DNA of 64,000 nt from an uncultured Sangeribacter sp. (GTDB lineage: Bacteria > Bacteroidota > Bacteroidia > Bacteroidales > Muribaculaceae), in assembly GCA_964525735.1 (NCBI GenBank), contig CAZGJH010000002.1, forward strand, positions 6,433 through 70,432. The letters run 5' to 3'. This document shows, in pieces, positions 20,813 to 30,199 of the stretch. The position numbers and the translations under genes were made by a program. Under the pieces are notes generated by a model. It saw only the letters and a list, made by a program, of their open reading frames with translations, was not told the origin of the DNA and searched no databases. Numbering within the stretch: the stretch's first letter is position 1; each line of letters opens with the position of its first letter.

Positions 20813-22162
20813 ATGGATGAACTTGAAAAAGTAACGAGTTTCCAACTCTATAAATTATGGAGGAATCTAACTATCGGTATGGTTACGGTGATTGTCATCA
20901 TAACCATGTCGAAGTTGCTTCCTTATTTCCTTTCTCCGGTTGTGTCTCTTTTAGGCGCAGCAGCTCTCTACACGTTTATCTACGACAGCCAGGTAAAAAA
21001 CGAAACATCGTGTATGATAGTTCCGTTTGGCATGTTGTATGCTTTGGTGGGATATTCGTTTGTAACGATATTATTGAATGTGGTGTATGCCTGGGGTTTT
21101 AAATCGATACCGGCAGAGTTTGTGTTTTTCACGAATCCATTCATACCGTCGCTGATAATGGATCCTGTCTGCTTCGTGACGTTCCTTTTCATGTCGGTGG
21201 GACGGCGTAAGATGCCGATGTGTCGGGTTTGCCAGTTAAGGGGAGCCAATAATTCTGAAAGAGGTTCGATGCGCCACATGATAAATAATGAGACGCATTT
21301 CCAGATGAAGAATCTCACCATCATTTTTGGCGTTCTCTCGGTGTTGATCTGGGCGTATTACTTCTTGTTTTATATCAACATCAACATCAATGCCCGCGAC
21401 TGGTATGTATTCATTTGGTTGACGGTGATCTTCTTCGTGCTCGACGAACTTTATTTCGCAGCCCGCTACTATAATCTCTATCTCGATCTGAAGGAGAACG
21501 ATGAGGTGATCAGTCAGGACGAGTTGAGAAATATGACGGCGAAGACGTATCTGCGCTATTACGTGATTTGCGGCAATAGCATGTATGTGGATACGCATGT
21601 GATAGATCCGCGCACACCCTTCAAGGAGGTGATCGATACTCCCTTCTATACTACCCGCTCGGTGAACGGTATCTCGGTAGACGAAGTGAAACGTATCATC
21701 AAGAAGATGACGGGGGTCGACGGTGAGCTCCGGTTCTTCTATGGTAGAAAAGTGGCTGAGTTTACCAATCACAGTGTGTTGCGTTATTTCTACTTCCTCG
21801 ACGGCGAGCCGGCTGATCATCCTGAACTGAACACCGATGGTGAATGGATGGATTTCGACAAATTGAAATATCTCTACTCCAATAATCCCGGAAAACTCGG
21901 CGATTTGGCTGTGACCGACACAACGCGTCTGGCGACAATCATTCTCACCGAGAAGATTTTTGACGAAAAAGGTTATCGGAAATCAAAGATCAAGATGTAT
22001 AACCCGAGTTTCTCACTGATGGATGTCAGAAAGTCGAATCTCGATTTCCAGGACGACAAATGGATCAGAATCTCGATGTTTAATTCCGACACTCCGCTTT
22101 ACACTTTCAAGAGAAGATGGAGGAAATTCCTCGGGAAAAAGAAGAGCAATTCATGGAGCTAA
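20813..22162 (+). CDS. Hypothetical membrane protein (about 6 TM segments plus a soluble C-terminal domain)
   Basis: 449-aa ORF in operon orientation with a hydrophobic N-terminal half. It overlaps the miaA start. Confidence 0.75.
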   Translation: MDELEKVTSFQLYKLWRNLTIGMVTVIVIITMSKLLPYFLSPVVSLLGAAALYTFIYDSQVKNETSCMIVPFGMLYALVGYSFVTILLNVVYAWGFKSIPAEFVFFTNPFIPSLIMDPVCFVTFLFMSVGRRKMPMCRVCQLRGANNSERGSMRHMINNETHFQMKNLTIIFGVLSVLIWAYYFLFYINININARDWYVFIWLTVIFFVLDELYFAARYYNLYLDLKENDEVISQDELRNMTAKTYLRYYVICGNSMYVDTHVIDPRTPFKEVIDTPFYTTRSVNGISVDEVKRIIKKMTGVDGELRFFYGRKVAEFTNHSVLRYFYFLDGEPADHPELNTDGEWMDFDKLKYLYSNNPGKLGDLAVTDTTRLATIILTEKIFDEKGYRKSKIKMYNPSFSLMDVRKSNLDFQDDKWIRISMFNSDTPLYTFKRRWRKFLGKKKSNSWS

Positions 22163-23073
22163 ATTTAATCACGATAATCGGCCCTACCGCTTCAGGGAAG
22201 ACGGGTAGGGCCGTTTCTCTTGCCCGCCGAATCAGGGGCGAGATTATCAGCGGCGATTCGCGGCAGGTGTATCGGAAGATGGATCTCGGCACAGGTAAAG
22301 ATCTGGAGGAGTATGGCGAAATTCCCTACCATCTTATCGACATCTGCGACGCTGGCGAGAAATATAATCTGCATCGCTATCTGAGCGACTTCTCCAAGGC
22401 TTATGCCGATATAAAATCGCGCGGGAAGAAAGCGATTCTTTGTGGCGGCACAGGGATGTATATGGAAGCGGCCTTAAGTGGGATATCGCTTCCGGAGGTG
22501 CCGGAAAACCGTGCTCTGAGAGATAGTCTCGCCGGGAAATCGCTGGCGGAGTTGACCGGTATTCTGAAGGGATACAAGGAGCTTCATAACGTGACCGACG
22601 TAGATACGGAGAAGCGTGCGATCCGCGCGATAGAGATCGAGGAGTATTATCGCAATAATCCCTCGGCTGCAATGGCGAGCGACCGTAAGAAATCTACTCC
22701 GTTGGAGACGGTGATAATCGGCGTGGATGTGCCGCGCGATGTGAGACGCCAAAGAATAACCGAACGTCTCGACCGGCGTCTTGAGCAAGGGATGGTAGAT
22801 GAGGTGAGAAAAATCATTGAGAGCGGAGTGGCGCCTGAAGATCTCATTTATTATGGACTCGAATACAAATTTCTCACCTTGCACGTGATAGGAGAGTTGA
22901 GCTATGATGAGATGCGCCGGCAGCTTGAGATAGCGATTCATCAGTTTGCCAAGCGACAGATGACTTGGCTGCGAGGGATGGAGCGCCGTGGTTTCACTAT
23001 CAATTGGCTCCCTTATGATTTGCCGGAGGAGGAATTCAATGAGCGGGTAATAGAGATTGCTGAGAAGAGATAG
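22153..23073 (+). CDS. miaA: tRNA dimethylallyltransferase
   Basis: GPTASGKT, DSRQVYRKMDLGTGK, GGTGMY and FAKRQMTW. Confidence 0.95.
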   Translation: MELNLITIIGPTASGKTGRAVSLARRIRGEIISGDSRQVYRKMDLGTGKDLEEYGEIPYHLIDICDAGEKYNLHRYLSDFSKAYADIKSRGKKAILCGGTGMYMEAALSGISLPEVPENRALRDSLAGKSLAELTGILKGYKELHNVTDVDTEKRAIRAIEIEEYYRNNPSAAMASDRKKSTPLETVIIGVDVPRDVRRQRITERLDRRLEQGMVDEVRKIIESGVAPEDLIYYGLEYKFLTLHVIGELSYDEMRRQLEIAIHQFAKRQMTWLRGMERRGFTINWLPYDLPEEEFNERVIEIAEKR

Positions 23074-23132
23074 CAGCAATCTTGCTGAGCAGTGATTAAA
23101 GCAATCTTGCTGTGAATTGGTAATCGCAATAA

Positions 23133-23175
23133 GGAAAGCCCTCTATCAGTTTTGACGCTGATAGAGGGCTTTTCC
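23133..23175. terminator. Bidirectional terminator between miaA and the ABC permease gene
   Basis: 15-bp stem aaagccctctatcag / ctgatagagggcttt. Confidence 0.8.
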
Positions 23176-23185
23176 GGTTTGAAGT

Positions 23186-23229
23186 ATTTGAATGGTGTTC
23201 GAATCGCGTTCGAATGGCGTTCGAATGCT
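23186..23229. repeat. 11-bp-period tandem repeat
   Basis: atttgaatggt gttcgaatcgc gttcgaatggc gttcgaatgct. Confidence 0.8.
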
Positions 23230-23237
23230 TACGGAGA

Positions 23238-24143
23238 TTAGTTGGCGCGGATGAAGGTGATGATATCTTTCGGCGTGAATTGCTTCCCTTTGAAGAGGAG
23301 AGATGTGCGATAGAGTTTGCCCGCGAGGAGAATGCAGACATAGGCGGAGGCAAAGAGAATCACGATCGAGATGAGAGTCTGCCACCAAGTAGTGACCCCA
23401 GTTATGGCGTTTATGATACCGACGGTGGGAGAGGTGAAGGGGATGTAGGTGCAGATGGTAGCCAACGCTGACGATCCATTGTCGACGGCAAACTGGCCGA
23501 GATAGAATGTGGCCAAGAGAATGAAGGTAAGACCTGTCATATACGCCTGGTTCTCGTTGTCTTTATCGGTGATCGCTCCACAGCATGCGTAGAGGGAGCC
23601 GTAAAGCACGTAACCTCCGATGAAATAGAGAAGCAGATAGATCAGAGCCAACCACGCACGGGGTTGGAAAAGGTATTCGAACGGCAATACGCCTGGATCG
23701 AGCATGATCATGGCGACAAGACCTAAGATCACGAAGCTGCCCCAGACAAGAATCTGCACGAGACTTATCAAGCCTACTGCGATTATCTTTGCGAGCATCA
23801 TTGTTTTACCGGGCACACAGGTAGCCATGATTTCCATAATACGATTGGTCTTCTCATTCTTCACTTTATTGAAAATGGAACCTCCGCAGATCATGAGGAA
23901 GAAAGTGAGAAACATTCCCATCATCATTCCTACTACCTTTGCGGGGGTCATCGTATCGGGATCTGGCGATGTGTCGAGCTTTTCAGCCATCGACATCGAG
24001 GTGTCAGACTGGGCCATGAGGTAGCCAAAGACCACACCGAAGAGAATCATAATCACCGGCACGAGGATTGTGCCGATCCAGAAGGATTTGGTGCGTACTT
24101 CTGTAAGAAATTCGGTTTTTACTATTAATGAAAGTTGACTCAT
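23238..24143 (-). CDS. ABC-2 type permease (NatB/YhaP-like)
   Basis: EKTNRIMEIM, AKIIAV, GYVLYGSLYA and YIPFTSP, with multiple TM segments. Confidence 0.88.
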   Translation of the reverse strand: MSQLSLIVKTEFLTEVRTKSFWIGTILVPVIMILFGVVFGYLMAQSDTSMSMAEKLDTSPDPDTMTPAKVVGMMMGMFLTFFLMICGGSIFNKVKNEKTNRIMEIMATCVPGKTMMLAKIIAVGLISLVQILVWGSFVILGLVAMIMLDPGVLPFEYLFQPRAWLALIYLLLYFIGGYVLYGSLYACCGAITDKDNENQAYMTGLTFILLATFYLGQFAVDNGSSALATICTYIPFTSPTVGIINAITGVTTWWQTLISIVILFASAYVCILLAGKLYRTSLLFKGKQFTPKDIITFIRAN

Positions 24144-25150
24144 GAATTTACAGTGTTAGCATTGATGGGTGGATAAGGTGGAATTTGATTAGCCATTGCC
24201 TCGTGGGGAAGGGGCTGAGGGTTAACTGGCGTAGTGGTATAAGCGAGGAAGATATCGTTGAGAGTGGGAAGTTTCTCTTCAAATTGAAGCACCTCTCCTT
24301 GATTTGCTACGGCATGGAGAATATCGTTGTTGCGCACTCCATCGTTCTTCTTAAGCAGATAGGAGGCTCCCTTTCTCCCTTTCGGATTTTCTGTGGTGTG
24401 AATAGCCTTAAAGAGGCCACTCTCTGCAAGAAGGGGGATAGAGATCTCGTTGCGCGTGGTGAGGAGGAACTCCGAAGTCTTGTGCTGCTCCTTGATATCA
24501 CTTATTTCACCTTTCACAAGAAGTTGGCCGTGATTGATAAGGGCGATGGTGTTGCACATTTCCTCGATGGCCGGCATATTGTGAGAAGAAAGCATGATCG
24601 TGGCCCCCTTCTCCTTGAGGCGCGCTATGAGGTCTTGAAGCAAAGCGCCGTTGATGGGGTCGAAGCCGCTGAAGGGCTCGTCGAGTATCACGAGTTCAGG
24701 CTCGTGCACAAGAGTGGAGATGATCTGCACCTTCTGTTGATTACCCTTCGAGAGCTCTTTGATTTTGCGGCGACCTTGGCCACGGAGATTGAAAATCTCC
24801 ATGTATTCACCCATTACGTTGCGCAGACGACGCAAATCGCCTCCCTTGAGCTGGCCGAAGTAGAGAATCTGATCTTCAACTCTCATTTTTTCATAGAGGC
24901 CGCGTTCTTCCGGCATGTAGCCAATCTGTTTACCGGCTTCGAGAGAGGCTGGCTGGCCGTTGATGGTCACTGTGCCCGAATCGGATACGAGAATGGAGTT
25001 GATTATTCGGAGAAGGGTAGTCTTTCCGGCTCCGTTCGGTCCGAGCACGCCACAAATCTCGCCCTTTTCGACATTGAACGATACATTGTCGAGGGCTTTT
25101 GTAGTGGCGTAGTTTTTAACGAGATTATTTATTTCGAGTACGTTGTTCAT
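24140..25150 (-). CDS. ABC transporter ATP-binding protein (NatA/YhaQ-like)
   Basis: GPNGAGKTT, LSKGNQQK and ILDEPFSGFDP. Confidence 0.93.
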   Translation of the reverse strand: MNNVLEINNLVKNYATTKALDNVSFNVEKGEICGVLGPNGAGKTTLLRIINSILVSDSGTVTINGQPASLEAGKQIGYMPEERGLYEKMRVEDQILYFGQLKGGDLRRLRNVMGEYMEIFNLRGQGRRKIKELSKGNQQKVQIISTLVHEPELVILDEPFSGFDPINGALLQDLIARLKEKGATIMLSSHNMPAIEEMCNTIALINHGQLLVKGEISDIKEQHKTSEFLLTTRNEISIPLLAESGLFKAIHTTENPKGRKGASYLLKKNDGVRNNDILHAVANQGEVLQFEEKLPTLNDIFLAYTTTPVNPQPLPHEAMANQIPPYPPINANTVNS

Positions 25151-25229
25151 AACTCAAATTCATATTGCATGATGCTTGGTAACCTTTTTTCGATTCCTTG
25201 ATGTTGTTTGCCTGCTGATTGCCGAGAGA

Positions 25230-27470
25230 TTATCTTCTGCTACGCACTTTCGTGGGAGAGATGATGCGGTCGCCTATATCCTTGGCCACCTGACTTCGGA
25301 TCTTGAGAATCTCCGAAAGTCGGAACTGCAATCGGCGTTCCTCCTCGGGATTATTCTTGCCGCAGATATCCTTGAATTCCTGAAGCAGTTGATTGAATTG
25401 CCTGTCGAGGATGCCGTTTTTCAGAACAGTGATGGCTTGCGGAAGGAGAGTGACGAGTTTTTCGTCCTCACCCTCAATGTGGCCCTGGCGCGTATAGATA
25501 TTGCTGAGCTGGTGCTGCTCGCGAATAGCCTCAGTGGCAAGACTTCTTACAACCCGGTCTTCGTGACTGAGCAATTCTTTCGAGATGTAAGAACGAGAGA
25601 AATCATAGATCTTGAAATCTTCCCATTCCTTTATGCTTTCTTCAAGCTTTCTCTCCTCGCGTTCAATCTCAGCGATAGATAGGTTTTTCAAAGCTATTGC
25701 CTCAAAACCCTCTTTTCGTTTCCGATCGCTTTCAGTGAGCAGCTGCCCCTGGAGCTCTTGGAGCCGCTGATTGAAGAGAGGTCGCATTTCATGAAGCACA
25801 TTGAAGAGATGAGCGTAAGAATTGTCGCTGAAGGTGATATTGTCGGCTGCGAGTTCGTCGCTTACGAAATCTACCACGCTCAGGTTGACGTTTTCGCCTG
25901 TTTCAGAGAGACCTTCGCAGAAATTGACAAAACCGTAGCGGATACAGTATTGAAGCACTTTCCACTCCAGAGGTCGCAGCGGATTCTCGACGGGGGTCAA
26001 TCCCAAATTGTCGGGACGGCGGTTTACGGGTCTTGCTGGGCTCTGAGGGGGTGCGGTAGTGACTGCTTCTTGCGTTTGCGCGGGTTGAGGACCGGCCGCA
26101 GGGGGTATACGCCCCGATTCGATATCGCGGTCGAGATCTCGGCGCTGGCGTTGCTTCTTGAGCTCCTCCACTACTTTGGCACGTGCCTGAGCTGTGGCTG
26201 CGCTTATAGAATCTTCGCTCACGTCGAGCAATCGGCTGCACTCCTGTATGTAGACATCGCGCTTCACTTTATCCGGAATGCAGGCGAGCGACTCCACGAC
26301 ACTCTTGATGGCGTCTACACGGCGTTGAGGATCATTGCGAGCATCATTGATAAGTACTTTCGTCTTGAAACGGATTATATCTGTTTCATTCTCTTTGATA
26401 TAAGCTCTGACTTCTTCGGGCGTGTGCTTGCGGGCAAACGAATCGGGATCATCGCCGTCGGGGAGGAGAAGCACTTTCACGTCGAGCTGATGCGAGAGGA
26501 GCATGTCGATGCCTCGCAGAGAAGCCTTGATGCCGGCCGAGTCGCCATCGTAGATTAGAGTGACATTCTTCGTGAAACGATGAATCAACGCTATCTGTCC
26601 GTCAGTCAGGGCGGTACCCGAAGAGGCCACTACATTCTTTATGCCCGATTGCCACATGCCGATCACGTCGAGGTAGCCCTCGACGAGAAAGCAACGGTCT
26701 TCTTTCACAATCGAAGTGCGAGCCTGATGAATGCCATATAATTCGTTGCTTTTGCGATAGAGGTCAGATTCAGGCGAATTGACGTATTTTGCCGGTCCGC
26801 CCTTGAGGTCGCGTCCGCCAAAGGCGATTACTTTGCCCGAAGTGTTGAGAATCGGAAAGATCACACGTCCGCGGAAGCGGTCGTAGTCATGGCCTTGCTG
26901 GCTCGTGCCCACCAATCCGAGGGCTTTCAGGATGTCTACGTTGAATCCCTTCTTCTTCGCTTCCTCAAGAAAAGCTGTGCCACGGTCGATGGCATACCCG
27001 AGATGAAACTGACGGATAGCCTCATCTGTCACACCACGATTGTAAAGATACTGCAGGCCGATGTCGCGGCCGTCGGGAGTTTCGCGCAGATTCCATTCGA
27101 AAAGCTGCATGGCCCATTCGTTGGCCACATACATAGCCTCGCGACGGCTCTGCGTCTCCCGTTCCTCATCGGTAAGTTCCTTCTCCTCAACCTTTATTCC
27201 ATACTTTTTTGCGAGTTGGAGCAAAGCGTCGTGATAGGATATGCCCTCCTTCTCCATGATGAAATTCACCGGTGAGCCCCCCTTATGGCAAGAGAAGCAG
27301 TAGCAGTAATTTCTTGCTTTGTTGACAGAGAAAGAGGGGGTACGTTCGTTGTGAAACGGGCAGAGGCCCACATAATTCGCGCCACGGCGAATCAAGTGGA
27401 CGTAATCGCTTACCACTTCGACAATGTCGGCGGTATCCTTTATCTTCTGGACAGTAGCCTTATCTATCAT
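25230..27470 (-). CDS. dnaG: DNA primase
   Basis: CHC2 zinc finger CPFHNERTPSF...CFSC, KYVNSPE and TOPRIM VEGYLDV/YDGDSAG. Confidence 0.97.
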   Translation of the reverse strand: MIDKATVQKIKDTADIVEVVSDYVHLIRRGANYVGLCPFHNERTPSFSVNKARNYCYCFSCHKGGSPVNFIMEKEGISYHDALLQLAKKYGIKVEEKELTDEERETQSRREAMYVANEWAMQLFEWNLRETPDGRDIGLQYLYNRGVTDEAIRQFHLGYAIDRGTAFLEEAKKKGFNVDILKALGLVGTSQQGHDYDRFRGRVIFPILNTSGKVIAFGGRDLKGGPAKYVNSPESDLYRKSNELYGIHQARTSIVKEDRCFLVEGYLDVIGMWQSGIKNVVASSGTALTDGQIALIHRFTKNVTLIYDGDSAGIKASLRGIDMLLSHQLDVKVLLLPDGDDPDSFARKHTPEEVRAYIKENETDIIRFKTKVLINDARNDPQRRVDAIKSVVESLACIPDKVKRDVYIQECSRLLDVSEDSISAATAQARAKVVEELKKQRQRRDLDRDIESGRIPPAAGPQPAQTQEAVTTAPPQSPARPVNRRPDNLGLTPVENPLRPLEWKVLQYCIRYGFVNFCEGLSETGENVNLSVVDFVSDELAADNITFSDNSYAHLFNVLHEMRPLFNQRLQELQGQLLTESDRKRKEGFEAIALKNLSIAEIEREERKLEESIKEWEDFKIYDFSRSYISKELLSHEDRVVRSLATEAIREQHQLSNIYTRQGHIEGEDEKLVTLLPQAITVLKNGILDRQFNQLLQEFKDICGKNNPEEERRLQFRLSEILKIRSQVAKDIGDRIISPTKVRSRR

Positions 27471-28398
27471 TAAACAATCTTGACTTTCCGGAGCTTATTT
27501 CGGCAGGAGAGGGGGTATAGAGTGAATCAAGCAGGTGATGAATCTTCTCGTTTGTGCTCAAACGTGTAGGCACGAGAGGGAGACGCAGCTCGTTTTCGAT
27601 AAGCCCGAGAGCATTGAGCGTGCATTTCACTCCAGCCGGGTTGCCATCGACAAACAGGAGATTAAACAGCTCGTTGAAACGCCAATGAATAGGGAGAGCC
27701 TCCTGGAACTTGCCTTCGAGACAGAGACGCACCATCCTGCCGAATTCGATGGGGAAAGCGTTGCCGATTACGGAGATCACGCCCACCGCGCCGAGTGTCA
27801 TGAGAGGATAGGTGATGCTGTCGTCGCCCGAAATCACCTCAAACTTTTCAGGTTTGTTCTTGATGATCTCCTCGATCTGTGCGAAATTTCCAGAGGCCTC
27901 CTTGATGCCGATAATGTTGGGGAAATTTCTTGCGAGCGAGAGAGTGGTGGAGGCAGCCATGTTTACGCCCGTTCTGCCAGGGACGTTGTAAAGGATCACA
28001 GGCAGAGGAGATGCTTTGGCGATAGCTTCGTAATGGCGATAGAGACCCTCCTGCGAGGGTTTGTTGTAGAACGGCACTACTGAGAGCACGGCCTGGAAGC
28101 CGGTGAAATCTTCAGTGAGGAGTTCGTTGACGACAGCTTGCGTGTTATTGCCGCCGACACCTAATACGAGCGGAATCCTGCCGTCGGCAATACGAATTAT
28201 CTCTTCACGAATAGCTTTTTTCTCATCAGGGAAGAGGGTAGGCGTTTCGCCTGTGGTTCCGAGCACCACAATGTAGTCGCAATTACCCTCAATAACATAT
28301 TCCACCATTCGGTGGAGAGCTTCGAAGTCAACTTGCTTGTCATGCTTGAAAGGTGTGACGAGGGCCACACCGAGCCCCTTTAAAGTTAAGTCGGCCAT
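27460..28398 (-). CDS. dapA: 4-hydroxy-tetrahydrodipicolinate synthase
   Basis: ALVTPF, GTTGE, LYNVPGRTG, GIKEASG and SGDD. Confidence 0.96.
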   Translation of the reverse strand: MADLTLKGLGVALVTPFKHDKQVDFEALHRMVEYVIEGNCDYIVVLGTTGETPTLFPDEKKAIREEIIRIADGRIPLVLGVGGNNTQAVVNELLTEDFTGFQAVLSVVPFYNKPSQEGLYRHYEAIAKASPLPVILYNVPGRTGVNMAASTTLSLARNFPNIIGIKEASGNFAQIEEIIKNKPEKFEVISGDDSITYPLMTLGAVGVISVIGNAFPIEFGRMVRLCLEGKFQEALPIHWRFNELFNLLFVDGNPAGVKCTLNALGLIENELRLPLVPTRLSTNEKIHHLLDSLYTPSPAEISSGKSRLFNDR

Positions 28399-28546
28399 AA
28401 GAATGCTTTATAATGAAATGATATTAAGAAAGTTGAAAGCGTAGCTTGGTCTGTGGGGGGTCACAGACGATTGAAAGACCACGCAATCGGTTTCTTTTTC
28501 ATATGCAAAATTAATAAAATATTTAGAATTCTTGGTCTCCTTTGCG

Positions 28547-28612
28547 ATTAAACTTGCTCTTCTTACTTATTAAACTTGCTCTTCTTGCTGATTAAACTTG
28601 CTCTACTTCGCG
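28547..28612. repeat. Three tandem 22-bp repeats
   Basis: attaaacttgctcttcttactt / attaaacttgctcttcttgctg / attaaacttgctctacttcgcg. Confidence 0.9.
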
Positions 28613-28617
28613 ATTTA

Positions 28618-28707
28618 AAAGATAGTGGAAGCGATGTCTGCAATGTGGAAGTTCCTTTGAATAAAGATGGTGGTAGCTATGTCTGCAAGGGGCGAATTCT
28701 TTTAATT
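28618..28707. repeat. Two imperfect 45-bp tandem repeats
   Basis: aaagatagtggaagcgatgtctgcaa... and aaagatggtggtagctatgtctgcaa... start 45 bp apart. Confidence 0.75.
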
Positions 28708-28761
28708 AAGGAGGGCGTCACCAGCGGGTGGGAGCAAAAGCAGCAAAAATAAAGGAAAGAA

Positions 28762-28793
28762 TTTGGTTTTTAGAGGCCATTTGGTTAATTTTG
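28762..28793 (+). promoter_or_regulatory. Bacteroidetes primary-sigma promoter for ddl
   Basis: TTTG (28762) - 20 nt - TAATTTTG (28786). Confidence 0.7.
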
Positions 28794-28891
28794 CACTTTG
28801 AACTGCGAAATAGGTGTTGACGCCTCGAATGAGGGTATCCAGATGTGGAAAAACACTTGAAAAATCGCATTGCAAACAAATAATAGTGAAT

Positions 28892-30100
28892 ATGAAGACT
28901 AACGTGGCTGTGTTCTTCGGCGGACGGTCGGTAGAACATGAAATTTCCGTAATATCCGCCTTGCAGGCGATCAATGCGTTTGATAAGTCAAAATATAACA
29001 TTATACCTATATATATATCCAAACAGGGGCGCTGGTTTACGGCTCCCGAGACACTTGATATCCGCAACTACAAGGATATGAAAGCTCTTGAAGCGAAGAG
29101 TGAGGAGGTGTATATGAGGCCAGAATACGGCGATTTCAATCTCTATCGCGCCAACCCGGGCGGGGGTCTCTTCAGCAAGAAGAATCCCATCTACGAGCAG
29201 CTTCACGTAGCAATTCCCGTGCTCCATGGCTCGCATGGTGAAGACGGTATGTTTGAAGGTCTCTTGGAGACAATCGGCATACCTTTTGCAGGCTGCGACA
29301 CTCTCTCAAGCGCCAACGGTATGGACAAGATCACGATGAAGATGATTCTGCGGTCGGAAGATATCCCGGTGGTAGACTATGTATGGTTTACCGACAAGGA
29401 GTGGGGCTCGAAGCGCGACGAGATCATTTCGAAGATAGAATCGAAACTCGGTTATCCGGTGATCGTGAAACCAGCCAATCTCGGTTCGAGCGTGGGCATC
29501 GGCAAAGCTTCCGACAAGGCTCAGCTCATTCAGAAGGTAGATGAAGCCGAGAAGTTCTCGCAGCGTATCATCGTGGAGCACATGATCGAGAACATGATGG
29601 AGATCAACTGCTCGGTGCTCGGTGATGCCGACGACCATCAAAGCTCCGTTTGCGAAGAGCCTATCACTAAAGGCGACTTCCTTTCTTATAATGAGAAATA
29701 TGGAGGGGGCGCAAAGGCTGGTATGCAGGCAAGCGAGAAGAAGATTCCTGCCGATATACCCGTGGAGATGAGCGAGAAGATCAGGCGACTGGCCGGTGAG
29801 ACTTTCCGTGTGCTCTCATGCCACGGTGTGAGCCGAATCGATGTGATGGTAGATAAGAAAGACAACAAGATCTACGTCAACGAAATCAACACCATACCCG
29901 GATCTCTCTCTTACTACCTCTGGGAGGAGAGCGGCATCACATTCCCGCAGCTTATGGATAAGCTCGTGGCGCTCGCTTTGAAGCGAAAGAGAGATTCTGA
30001 CCGCAAGACCTTTACCTACGATGCCAATATCTTCGCCATGGGTGGCGGAGTGAAAGGTGGCACGAAGGGTGGTGTGAAAGGTGGCAAGTTTGGCCGATAA
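28892..30100 (+). CDS. ddl: D-alanine--D-alanine ligase
   Basis: FGGRSVEHEIS, LHGSHGEDG, KPANLGSSVGI and NEINTIPG. The omega loop SYNEKY has Tyr, indicating the D-Ala-D-Ala type. Confidence 0.93.
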   Translation: MKTNVAVFFGGRSVEHEISVISALQAINAFDKSKYNIIPIYISKQGRWFTAPETLDIRNYKDMKALEAKSEEVYMRPEYGDFNLYRANPGGGLFSKKNPIYEQLHVAIPVLHGSHGEDGMFEGLLETIGIPFAGCDTLSSANGMDKITMKMILRSEDIPVVDYVWFTDKEWGSKRDEIISKIESKLGYPVIVKPANLGSSVGIGKASDKAQLIQKVDEAEKFSQRIIVEHMIENMMEINCSVLGDADDHQSSVCEEPITKGDFLSYNEKYGGGAKAGMQASEKKIPADIPVEMSEKIRRLAGETFRVLSCHGVSRIDVMVDKKDNKIYVNEINTIPGSLSYYLWEESGITFPQLMDKLVALALKRKRDSDRKTFTYDANIFAMGGGVKGGTKGGVKGGKFGR

Positions 30101-30199
30101 GCGTTAAGATACCGGCTGTGAAATTTGGTCGATCAACACCAAGATATGGCCTTGCAAATTTAATGTTTCCACAAACTTAGTAAAAATCAAAACCGATAT

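Noticed and set aside
23186-23229. tRNA gene or tRNA fragment (GTTCGAAT)
   Set aside because: There is no T-stem pairing, acceptor stem or anticodon arm. It is a simple tandem repeat.
24185-25201. Long antisense ORFs (338 aa here; similar ones lie opposite ileS, glnS, dnaA, dnaG and the ilv genes)
   Set aside because: They lie fully opposite well-supported genes and have no recognisable motifs, as is typical of codon-bias shadows.
28399-28510. Lysine riboswitch in the dapA leader
   Set aside because: The leader is only about 100 nt, with one small hairpin (gtctgtg/cacagac) and no L-box consensus.
28547-28707. CRISPR array
   Set aside because: The units are directly tandem with only about 8 variable, mutually related bases. 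There are no unique 30-40 nt spacers and no cas genes.
29680-29705. Van-type D-Ala-D-Lac ligase
   Set aside because: The omega loop has Tyr (SYNEKY) and no van accessory genes are present.
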